This document shows positions 25,770-34,009 of a stretch of 64,000 nt of DNA, piece by piece. The DNA is from an uncultured Gemmatimonadaceae bacterium (GTDB taxonomy: Bacteria; Latescibacterota; UBA2968; UBA8231): NCBI GenBank assembly GCA_964591015.1, contig CAZPXM010000003.1, forward strand, positions 10,991 to 74,990. Direction: 5' to 3'. Below the pieces are notes generated by a model. It worked only from the letters and a program-made list of their open reading frames with translations. It was not told the origin of the DNA and made no database searches. The translations under genes were made by a program, and so were the position numbers. Position 1 is the stretch's first letter; the number at the start of each line of letters is the position of its first letter.

Positions 25770-26715
25770 TCGCCTCCTCTGTGGTCAGTCGCAGGTAGAT
25801 GTCCTCGAGGCTCATGTCGAGGGGCCGTAGCTGGCGCAGGGCGAAGCCGTGCTCGACTACGGCCCGAGCCAGCGCTTCGCGCACATCGGTCCCTGGACGC
25901 GTGGTGATGGTGTACGTGCCCGGCCCCGCATCGTCGCCGTCGCCGTCGCCGTCGCTGGTCACCTGCAGCACTCCACCCACCTGCTCCAGCACCGCTCTGA
26001 CCGCGGCCCGCGGTCCGCCTATCTCGGCGAGCAGGGAGTCCGCTTCCCGCAGCTGGGCCGTCAGGCTCTCCGGGGTGCCTTCGCCGGCGAGCTTGCCGTT
26101 GTTGATGATCACGATCCTCTCGCACGTCATGCTCACTTCGGGCAGGATATGCGTGCTCAGGATGACGGTGTGGTCGCCGCCCAGCCCCTTGATGAGCTGG
26201 CGAATCTCGATGATCTGCTTGGGATCGAGGCCGACCGTCGGCTCGTCGAGGATCAGCACTGGCGGATCGTGCACCAGCGCCTGAGCCAGCCCCACGCGCT
26301 GGCGATAGCCCTTCGACAGATGCCCGATGATCGTGTTCTCGACCTCGGTCAGTGCCACCCGCTCCATGGTCACGTCCACCGCGCTCTTCAGCTGCGCGCC
26401 GCCCACGCCTTTGATGCGCGCCACGAACCCCAGGTAGGAGCGGACCGTCATGTCGTTGTACAGCGGCGGGTGCTCCGGCATGTAGCCGATCTTCCGGCGC
26501 ACCTGCATCGACTCCTCGACCACGTCATGGCCCGCCACCCGAGCGGAGCCGCTGCTGGGCGGCAGGAAACAGGTGAGGATGCGCATCGTCGTCGTCTTCC
26601 CCGCCCCGTTGGGGCCGAGGAACCCCAGGATCTGGCCGGGCTCGACGCGGAAGCTGATATCCGCGACTGCAGCCACGTCGCCGAAGTACTTCGACAGATT
26701 GGTGACCTCGATCAC
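25753..26715 (-). CDS. ABC transporter ATP-binding protein (GldA-like)
   Basis: Walker A GPNGAGKTTT, ABC signature LSKGYRQR, Walker B LILDEPTVGLD. The protein is 320 aa. Confidence 0.9.
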   Translation of the reverse strand: MIEVTNLSKYFGDVAAVADISFRVEPGQILGFLGPNGAGKTTTMRILTCFLPPSSGSARVAGHDVVEESMQVRRKIGYMPEHPPLYNDMTVRSYLGFVARIKGVGGAQLKSAVDVTMERVALTEVENTIIGHLSKGYRQRVGLAQALVHDPPVLILDEPTVGLDPKQIIEIRQLIKGLGGDHTVILSTHILPEVSMTCERIVIINNGKLAGEGTPESLTAQLREADSLLAEIGGPRAAVRAVLEQVGGVLQVTSDGDGDGDDAGPGTYTITTRPGTDVREALARAVVEHGFALRQLRPLDMSLEDIYLRLTTEEASVRDA

Positions 26716-26793
26716 TGTCTCCCTCCTCTAGGATACCGGTGCGGCGCCTCGGCGAGCCCTCCGCCGGCGCCCTTCCCGTGCCATCCGTCGGCC

Positions 26794-27669
26794 TCAATGC
26801 CGCCGGGCGCGGCTGCGGAAATGCCGCACCAGCGGCTCGATGTACGAGCGGGTCGTATCGATCCGTATCTCGTCCACACCCAACCGGCGCAGCCCCTCCG
26901 AGCGCGCCTCCGCCGCCGCGCGCTGGTTGCCGGCGAACTGCTCGCGCAGGCGCGCGTCGCTCGTGTCGACCAGCACCTGGTGCCCGGTCTCGGCGTCGCG
27001 CAGCTGGATGAACCCCACGTCCGGCAGCTCGCTCTCGCGCGGATCGCTCAGGGTGATGGCCGTCAGATCGTGGCGCTGGCTGAGGACGCGCAGCGGCCGA
27101 GTGTAGTCCGTGTCCAGCAGGTCGGAGATGAGGAAGATGACGCTGCGGCGGTGTAGCACCCGCTCCAGGTACGCGAGCGCCCCGGCGACCGAGGTCCCGC
27201 TGCCCTGCGGGCGGAAATACAGGAGCTCCCGGATGACCCGCAGCACGTGCCTGCGCCCCTTGCGGGGCGGGATGAACAGCTCCACCTCGTCGGTGAAGAT
27301 CGCCAGTCCGACCCGGTCGTTATTCCTGATGGCGGCGAAGGCGAGCAGGGCCGAGATCTCGACCCCGACCTCGCCCTTCATCCGGTGCGAACTGCCGAAA
27401 GCCCCGGAAGCGCTGGCGTCGACCGCCAGCACCACGGTCAGCTCTCGCTCCTCGTCGTAGATCTTGACGAACGGGTGTCCGACCCGCGCGGTGACGTTCC
27501 AGTCGATGCTCCGGACGTCGTCGCCCGGCTGGTACTCGCGCACCTCGGCGAACTCCATGCCGCGTCCCTTGAAGACCGCATGGTACTCGCCGGCGAACAG
27601 CTCGTCCACCACGCTCCGCGTCTGGATCTCGATCAGTCTGACCTTATCGAGGATCTCTCTCGGGATCAT
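26794..27669 (-). CDS. DUF58 domain protein (MoxR-associated, VWA-like)
   Basis: EVREYQPGDDVRSIDWNVTAR is a DUF58 hallmark. It lies directly downstream of MoxR. The protein is 291 aa. Confidence 0.85.
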   Translation of the reverse strand: MIPREILDKVRLIEIQTRSVVDELFAGEYHAVFKGRGMEFAEVREYQPGDDVRSIDWNVTARVGHPFVKIYDEERELTVVLAVDASASGAFGSSHRMKGEVGVEISALLAFAAIRNNDRVGLAIFTDEVELFIPPRKGRRHVLRVIRELLYFRPQGSGTSVAGALAYLERVLHRRSVIFLISDLLDTDYTRPLRVLSQRHDLTAITLSDPRESELPDVGFIQLRDAETGHQVLVDTSDARLREQFAGNQRAAAEARSEGLRRLGVDEIRIDTTRSYIEPLVRHFRSRARRH

Positions 27670-27726
27670 GGCAACCGCCCCGCAATCCTCGCGCGCACCC
27701 CCTCCGGCAACCAGCTGGCGGCGACG

Positions 27727-28719
27727 TCACGGCACTTCGACGTGGTCGAACAACTGCTGGACCACCCTGTCGGCGTCGATCTCTTCGGCCTCCGCCTCGT
27801 AGCTGACGATGATCCGATGTCGCAGCACATCCGCACCGATCGCCTTCACGTCGTCGGGGGTCACGTAGCCGCGACGGCGAATGAAGGCGTGGGCGCGCGC
27901 CGCGCGCGCCAGGAAGATGGTCGCGCGCGGCGATGCTCCGTACTCGACCAGGCTCTCCAGTTCCGGCAGCCCGACCGCGGCCGGAGCCCGCGTCGCGTGC
28001 ACGAGATCGACGATGTACTCCTTGATCTTGTCATCCATGTATACCAGCTCGACCGCCTCGCGCGCCTGGCGTACCTCGTCCAGCCCTGCCACGGCAGCGA
28101 CGGTGACCGGAGGACTGCACGCGACGCGCTCCAGGATGGCTCGCTCTTCCTCGCGAGAGGGGTAACCAACGCGCACCTTCAGCATGAAGCGGTCCACCTG
28201 GGCCTCCGGCAGCGGATAGGTGCCCTCCTGCTCTATGGGGTTCTGCGTTGCCATGACCAGGAACGGGTCGTCGAGCGGATAGGTCTGGTCGCCCAGCGTC
28301 ACCTGGCGCTCCTGCATGCTCTCGAGCAAGGCGCTCTGGACTTTCGCCGGCGCCCGGTTCACCTCGTCGGCCAGGATCAGGTTGGCGAAGATGGGACCCC
28401 GTTTGGCGACGAACGTCCCCGACTGCGGCTGGTAGATCATCGTGCCCGTAAGGTCGGCGGGGAGCAGATCGGGGGTGAACTGGATGCGCCTGAAGGTCCC
28501 CTCGATCAGCCTGGCCAACGTGGACACCGTGAGCGTCTTGGCCAGCCCGGGGACTCCCTCGAGAAGGATGTGTCCCGAGCAGAGCAGGCCGATCAGCAGG
28601 CGCTCCACCATGTGCCGCTGCCCGACGATGACGCGATCCATCTCCAGCAGGATGCGATCGACCAGCTCACTCTCTGCCTGAATGCGGGCGGTCACTGCCC
28701 GGAGGTCGAGGTTGCTCAT
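27727..28719 (-). CDS. MoxR-family AAA+ ATPase
   Basis: Internal ATG at 28719 (MSNLDLRAVTARIQAESELVDRILLEM...). Walker A is LLEGVPGLAKT and Walker B is LILADEVNRAPAKVQSALLE. The protein is 330 aa. Confidence 0.9.
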   Translation of the reverse strand: MSNLDLRAVTARIQAESELVDRILLEMDRVIVGQRHMVERLLIGLLCSGHILLEGVPGLAKTLTVSTLARLIEGTFRRIQFTPDLLPADLTGTMIYQPQSGTFVAKRGPIFANLILADEVNRAPAKVQSALLESMQERQVTLGDQTYPLDDPFLVMATQNPIEQEGTYPLPEAQVDRFMLKVRVGYPSREEERAILERVACSPPVTVAAVAGLDEVRQAREAVELVYMDDKIKEYIVDLVHATRAPAAVGLPELESLVEYGASPRATIFLARAARAHAFIRRRGYVTPDDVKAIGADVLRHRIIVSYEAEAEEIDADRVVQQLFDHVEVP

Positions 28720-28878
28720 GGCAGTCTCAGTCGGAAGAAGCTCTAGCGGGTCGCGGGAGGCCGATTCGCCGCGGAGGCAGGGCCGCAGCCGCCCGCACGG
28801 ATCCCCGTGCCGATCCGCCGCCACGGCGAGCTGACGAACAGCTGCCGGACGCGGACCCGGGTCCCGATCACGGGCGGG

Positions 28879-29385
28879 CTACGGAGACTTGCCGGCTATG
28901 GTCACATCCTGGAACTCGACCCATTCCTCCGGGTCGCGCCCGACATTGGGCAGCAACCGCCTGGCACTGGCCGCCAGTTCGGAATCGGGGTATCTGTCGA
29001 TCACGCGCTGGTAGGCCTCGCGCGCCTTCTCCAGATCGTGCAGGTATTCCTCGCAGATGAACGCGATCATGAACTGCGCCTCATCGGCCTGATCGGATGC
29101 GGGAAAGTCGGCCAACAGCCGCTCGTAGTACGCGATCGCCGTGTCTAGCTGCCCGTCCTGCTGCGCCAACATCGCCAGGTTCTTGAGGGCGCGTGGCGCC
29201 ATGCTGTGCCGCGGATGCCGAGCGAGTAGGGCAACGAGCTGCGTGCGCGCCTGCTGCCTGGTGGATGGGTTCGATGCGGCGGATTCCGCCGCGGCGAACT
29301 CCGCGTCTGGTCCGCGCTTGCCGCACGCGTCCAGGGCCATGCAGCCCATCGCCAGCGCCACCGCTACCCACGCGCGTCTTGCCAT
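28879..29385 (-). CDS. TPR-like lipoprotein
   Basis: A signal peptide plus the lipobox LDAC. TPR-like helix pairs are present (LKNLAMLAQQDGQLDTAIAYYERLLADFP...). Confidence 0.55.
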   Translation of the reverse strand: MARRAWVAVALAMGCMALDACGKRGPDAEFAAAESAASNPSTRQQARTQLVALLARHPRHSMAPRALKNLAMLAQQDGQLDTAIAYYERLLADFPASDQADEAQFMIAFICEEYLHDLEKAREAYQRVIDRYPDSELAASARRLLPNVGRDPEEWVEFQDVTIAGKSP

Positions 29386-29539
29386 GGTTCTCTCGACGAT
29401 CCAGCTGTCGTTGAGTTCCTGCGCTGCGCCCAGACTGAGGCGAGCCAGATCGAGGCCGGCAGCTGTGCGGACAGCACCCGCTGCGCCAGCGCGGTCCGGG
29501 AGGCCGAATCGCCTCTTTCTCGGGCTCGCCCGGAAGGCG

Positions 29540-29839
29540 TCACTCCTTCACGGGCTTCGCCTTCTTCGCACTGGTCGTGCTGGCAGTCTCTCCGGAGCTC
29601 TTGGTCTCCTTTGCCGGTCCCTGCTCCGCCTTGGCAGCCTGCTTGTACGACTCGCTCCGGTAGTCCGTGACGTAGAAGCCGGAGCCTCGGAACAGGATGC
29701 CGCCACCGGGGCTGATCAGCCGCTTGACACGGCCGCCGCACTCCGGTCTGGGGCAGTCCGTCAGCGGCTCAGCCTTGATGCTCTGGAACTGCTCGAACCG
29801 GTAGCCACATCGCTGGCACTCGTACTCGTAGGTCGGCAT
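29540..29839 (-). CDS. FmdB-family zinc-ribbon protein
   Basis: Internal ATG at 29839. MPTYEYECQRCGYRFE...CPRPECGG is the canonical FmdB CxxC...CxxC zinc ribbon, and the C-terminal tail is K/A/E-rich. The protein is 99 aa. Confidence 0.7.
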   Translation of the reverse strand: MPTYEYECQRCGYRFEQFQSIKAEPLTDCPRPECGGRVKRLISPGGGILFRGSGFYVTDYRSESYKQAAKAEQGPAKETKSSGETASTTSAKKAKPVKE

Positions 29840-30081
29840 CGCTCGCACCTCGCACGCGCTGGCTGCGGCCGGACGCACCGCGCCGCCCCAAGAAGGCACA
29901 TAAGTGTATCGCCTCGACCTGGGGTAGACAAGCCCATGTCGCGCATGCCCCGCCGCGCAGCTGCATCGGCGCAGTCGGCACAGAGCCGTCGCACTCCTTG
30001 CCCGTGGCCTGGCACGGGCCGCGACCGCGGCCGCCAGCCGCCCCTGCGAGGCGCAGCCATGCCCTCGCTTCCCGCATGCTG

Positions 30082-32172
30082 CTATTCGGCTCCACCGCCA
30101 CCGACGCGCCGGAAGTGCCCGTGCTCGTCGATGCGCAGCACCGTCGGCTCGCCCGCCCGCCCCCCGCATGACGCGATCGCGGCGCCGTCGCCGCTCGTCG
30201 CCGCGGCCGCCAGCCACTCCCCGATGGCCGACCGGGTCCTGTGTCCGCGCCGCCAGGCCTCGACCAGCAGGCGGGCGGCGCAGTGGCCCGCGGCCGCCAG
30301 CCCCGGCTCGCGCCGATAGCGGCGCCGAAACGCTGCTGCGAACCGCTGCCCCGCGTCATCGTCGGTACTTCTGCCGGTGACGACGACCGCGCCCTCGAAA
30401 TGCGCTCGATCGGCGGGGCGCATCTGCTGAACGAGGTCCGGCTCGTACCACACGTCGTTGCCCAGGACCTGGGTTCTCAGCCGATGGTACTGCACCTGAG
30501 GGGCGATGATCTGGGCGTCCGCGAAGCTCTCGGCCACGATCACGAGACCGTCGAGCGCGTCCACGAACACCTCGGAAGTGTCTCCGTACGCCTCTCCCGA
30601 GGGTCCCGCCAGCGGTAGCTCGGCAGCGATGGGGTCGCCGTTGTCGACCGACCCGTCCGCAGCGGGCAGCGGCGCGTCACTGGGGGCGGCGCTCCCGCCG
30701 AGACTGTCCGTCAGCCCCGGCGCGACCGGCGGGGTGCGCGTGTCCAGCCACGGTCCGGGCACACTGCCCTGCAGTCCCTGGGCGACACGGCGGAGATCCC
30801 CGAACACGCGGCGGAAGTCCCTGGTCACTTCGGGAACGTACCAGTCCGCATGGATCACCACCCCCCCGTTGGCCTGCGCTGCACGCGCGAACTCCCGCTC
30901 GAAGGCCCACCCGTAGTCTGTCAGCGGCGACACGATGGCCAACGTCACCAGCTCCAGATCGCGCGTCGCGTACTCCGCCAAGGCTCGCGCCTGCACGCCC
31001 GGCGGCATGCCCAGCTGCAGCAACGTGCTCCCAGCCCGCTCGAGCCCACCTTGCTCTGCCAGCGGAGCGATCAGGGGCACGCCAGCTCCGTCGGCAACGA
31101 CAGCAGCGACCACGCAGTCGCTGCTGTACACCGGACCGATGATCGCCACCACGTCGTCCGCGGCGGCGAGGCGGCGAGTCTGCTCGGCCACGCGGAGCAT
31201 CCGGCAGCTCTCCGCTTCGACCACGGGCAGATCCCCGTAGTCCGCCCCGATGTCAGCCTCGATCAGCTCGAACGGGTTGCCCGCTTCTTCGTTGGCCAGT
31301 TGGGCGCCCGCTCTCAGGTCCACACCCACCCGGACCGCATCCTCCGTCCCGCTCAGCGGCAGCAGCAGTCCTACGCGAAGCACGCCAGGCCTGCTCGCTG
31401 CCGGCACGGCTTGCCCGGCCTCCACGCGATCGGAGGACCCAGCGGGCCTGCCGCTCTCGGGACGCAGCGCCTCCAGACTCTCCTCGGTCAGCAGCGGTCC
31501 GAACGCGCCGCCGACCACGCTGTCCCGGTAGGCGGCCGCTGCCAGCCGCGCCTCGGTCCACCGACCGACGCGGGCGAACCAGCGAGCGCGCCCGCAGAGG
31601 AGGATCTCCCCCAGGCGGCGGCTTCCCAGGCGGGCCTCGATCCCGCTCAGCTCGTCCCGCGTCAGCCACTGGCTCTCGATCATGGCGCTCAGTCGTTCGG
31701 CCGCACGCGCCTGCAGCGTCGGCTGCGCCGGCGAGAGCAGCACGGACGCGTAGCGCTCCGCAGCTTCGGCGGGACGGTGGCGCCGAAGGAACGCGTCGCC
31801 GGCCAGCAGGCGCCCGTACGGCACGTACCGGCTCGCCGGGAACCCGCGCTCCAGACTCGCGGCGATCCGCAGCGCGTCCTCGTCCGCCCCGAGGCGGTAC
31901 TGGGCATGCGCCAGCAGCAGCATGGCGGCAGTGGTGCGCTGGTGCGCGGGTCGGTCAAGCAGCTGCCGCAGCCTGCGGGCGGCATCCGCGTACGCGCCAG
32001 ACCGGTACGCGTCCAGGGCGCGAGCGAACGCCTGCTCGGCCGGCGCCGAGTACCGGCTGGTGCGCACCGAGGGGGCCGCCGAGGATGGCCGCGGCGCTCC
32101 CAGCGCCAGGAAGACCAGGGCCGCCGCGCGCGCCCAACTGCTCAGGGTCAGCCTGCTGCGATCGCACGCCAT
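30082..32172 (-). CDS. TPR-domain plus periplasmic binding protein type I (LivK/LpoA-like) fusion protein
   Basis: The start was taken at the internal ATG 32172 (MACDRSRLTLSSWARAAALVFLALGAPRPSSA, a signal peptide). The N-terminal half has TPR-like helices and the C-terminal half has a Leu/Ile/Val-binding-protein-like fold. Confidence 0.65.
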   Translation of the reverse strand: MACDRSRLTLSSWARAAALVFLALGAPRPSSAAPSVRTSRYSAPAEQAFARALDAYRSGAYADAARRLRQLLDRPAHQRTTAAMLLLAHAQYRLGADEDALRIAASLERGFPASRYVPYGRLLAGDAFLRRHRPAEAAERYASVLLSPAQPTLQARAAERLSAMIESQWLTRDELSGIEARLGSRRLGEILLCGRARWFARVGRWTEARLAAAAYRDSVVGGAFGPLLTEESLEALRPESGRPAGSSDRVEAGQAVPAASRPGVLRVGLLLPLSGTEDAVRVGVDLRAGAQLANEEAGNPFELIEADIGADYGDLPVVEAESCRMLRVAEQTRRLAAADDVVAIIGPVYSSDCVVAAVVADGAGVPLIAPLAEQGGLERAGSTLLQLGMPPGVQARALAEYATRDLELVTLAIVSPLTDYGWAFEREFARAAQANGGVVIHADWYVPEVTRDFRRVFGDLRRVAQGLQGSVPGPWLDTRTPPVAPGLTDSLGGSAAPSDAPLPAADGSVDNGDPIAAELPLAGPSGEAYGDTSEVFVDALDGLVIVAESFADAQIIAPQVQYHRLRTQVLGNDVWYEPDLVQQMRPADRAHFEGAVVVTGRSTDDDAGQRFAAAFRRRYRREPGLAAAGHCAARLLVEAWRRGHRTRSAIGEWLAAAATSGDGAAIASCGGRAGEPTVLRIDEHGHFRRVGGGGAE

Positions 32173-32262
32173 GGAGGCCTTCGGTTCAGCGGCAAGGAGG
32201 AACCACGAAGGGTCGATCGGGGTCGGAATGTAGCCCTGGCAAACGAGGGCGTCAAGGCGCCT

Positions 32263-32290
32263 TGTCAACTGCGCAGGTACCTGTATATTC
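32263..32290 (+). promoter_or_regulatory. Candidate sigma-70-type promoter for the clpX-like gene
   Basis: TTGTCA (32263-32268), a 16-nt spacer, then TATATT (32285-32290), about 70 nt upstream of ATG 32359. It sits in the divergent intergenic region shared with the TPR-PBP gene. Confidence 0.35.
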
Positions 32291-32358
32291 AGTCACATGC
32301 GCGCTGCCAACAGGCGGCTGGAGGTGCCGGCACAAGGCGTGGGAAAGGCCGGTTCTGC

Positions 32359-33942
32359 ATGGACGTTCGAGCCGAGAGGATCAGCCTGGATCCGGAGAGG
32401 TTCCGCCGTTTCCTGACCGAGCAGCTGGAGGCCCAACAGGCGCAGCGAGCCACTCGGCCGGAGAGGGACGGCACGGACGCCGGACCAGGGTCGCACCCCG
32501 GCACGCGCCCGGTTCGGTTCGACCTCAAGCCCGAAGAGCTGGAGGAGTACCTGGACCAGTACGTGGTCGGACAGCACGCCGCCAAGGCGATCCTCGCAAC
32601 CAAGATCTGCACGCACTTCCATCGGCTGAAGCTGCCTGCGGAGGAAGACGAGGACGCGGTCGGGGGCATCAAGAACAACGTGCTGCTGATCGGGCCCACC
32701 GGCGTCGGCAAGACCTATCTCATCAAGCTGATCGCCCGCAAGCTGGGCGTTCCCTTCGTCAAGGGCGACGCCACCAAGTTCAGCGAGACAGGCTACGTCG
32801 GCGGCGACGTCGAAGACCTGGTGCGCGATCTGGTACGGGAAGCCGACGGCGACATAGAGCGAGCGCAACACGGCATCATCTACATCGACGAAATCGACAA
32901 GATCGCCTCGTCGCGCGGCACCCTCGGCCCGGACGTCTCGCGTGCCGGCGTGCAGCGCAATCTGCTCAAGCTGATGGAGGATACCGACGTCGACCTCAAG
33001 GTGCCGCACGATCTGGCCTCGCAGATGGAGACGGTCATGCAGTTGCAGCGCACCGGCAAGGTCGAGCGCCGCAAGGTCAATACCCGCAGCATCCTCTTCA
33101 TCGTCAGCGGCGCCTTCGCGGGCCTGGAGGAGATCGTCGCCCGCCGACTCAACCGCAACTCGATCGGCTTCCGCATGGACGCGCGAGCGCCCGGCAAGGC
33201 GACGGAGCGCGCCGAGCTGCTCCAGCAGCTGCGCGCCGAGGACCTCATCGAGTACGGTTTCGAGTCGGAGTTCATCGGCCGACTCCCGGTCATTGCCGTC
33301 CTCCACGAGCTCTCGGTGGACGATCTGCTGCAGATCCTGCGCAGTCCGCGCAGCAGCGTCATCCTGGCCAAGAAGCGCGATTTCCGCGCCTACGGCATCG
33401 ACATCGAGTTCACGGACGAGGGGCTGCGGCTGCTCGCCCAGCGCGCCTACGAGGAGCACACAGGCGCGCGCGGCCTGGTGAGCGTCCTGGAGCGGGTCCT
33501 CATTCCCTTCGAGAAGAAGCTTCCCTCGCTGGGCGTCACTCGACTCGTCGTCACCGAGGCCGTCGTCCGCGACCCACGGCGCGAACTGGACGAACTGGTG
33601 AAACACGCGTCCCTGGCCCGCTTCGTCGCGAGCTTCGGCGCCGAGAACTCGGTAGAGCTGTCCTTCTCGGAGGAGGCGGCCGCGCGGGTGCTGGAGCTGG
33701 CCGCTGAGGCGGGAGTGGAGCCTGCGGTCCTCTGCAACCGCCTGTTCGCCGACTATGCGTTCGGACTGCGCCTGGCCCGCCTCAGCCAGTACCGGATCGA
33801 GCGCAGCACGGTGGACTCGCCTAACGAGGAACTGGACCGGCTGGTACGGCTAGCCTTCGCTGCCCAGGCTCCCGGCGAGACCGCTCCGCCGCGGCTGGAC
33901 AGCACCCACCAAGACGCCGGCGAACCGGCTGCGGAGAGCTAG
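32359..33942 (+). CDS. ClpX-like AAA+ unfoldase lacking the N-terminal zinc-binding domain, with a C-terminal extension
   Basis: ATG at 32359. Walker A is LIGPTGVGKTYL and the GYVG pore loop is FSETGYVGGDVED. Walker B is IIYIDEIDK. The IGF-like ClpP-docking loop is NSIGFRMDA. No C4 zinc finger is present. The protein is 527 aa. The 30850..33942 ORF extension is antisense to the neighbouring gene and was rejected. Confidence 0.75.
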   Translation: MDVRAERISLDPERFRRFLTEQLEAQQAQRATRPERDGTDAGPGSHPGTRPVRFDLKPEELEEYLDQYVVGQHAAKAILATKICTHFHRLKLPAEEDEDAVGGIKNNVLLIGPTGVGKTYLIKLIARKLGVPFVKGDATKFSETGYVGGDVEDLVRDLVREADGDIERAQHGIIYIDEIDKIASSRGTLGPDVSRAGVQRNLLKLMEDTDVDLKVPHDLASQMETVMQLQRTGKVERRKVNTRSILFIVSGAFAGLEEIVARRLNRNSIGFRMDARAPGKATERAELLQQLRAEDLIEYGFESEFIGRLPVIAVLHELSVDDLLQILRSPRSSVILAKKRDFRAYGIDIEFTDEGLRLLAQRAYEEHTGARGLVSVLERVLIPFEKKLPSLGVTRLVVTEAVVRDPRRELDELVKHASLARFVASFGAENSVELSFSEEAAARVLELAAEAGVEPAVLCNRLFADYAFGLRLARLSQYRIERSTVDSPNEELDRLVRLAFAAQAPGETAPPRLDSTHQDAGEPAAES

Positions 33943-33992
33943 GCGCACGGCGGGCCCGGGCGCAGCATCGGCGCGACGGGCCGCGGTGGTAT

Positions 33993-34007
33993 GGCGCCCG
34001 CAGCGCC
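33993..34007. terminator. Weak GC hairpin between the convergent clpX-like and sigma-54 activator genes
   Basis: GGCGC-ccgca-GCGCC followed by TCTCATT. The stem is only 5 bp. Confidence 0.2.
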
Positions 34008-34009
34008 TC

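Noticed and set aside
30850-33942. 1030-aa plus-strand ORF spanning the TPR-PBP gene region
   Set aside because: The first roughly 500 residues are antisense to the well-supported minus-strand TPR-PBP gene and are R/P/G-rich. Only the portion from ATG 32359 shows AAA+ motifs, so the extension is a stop-codon-poor GC artefact.
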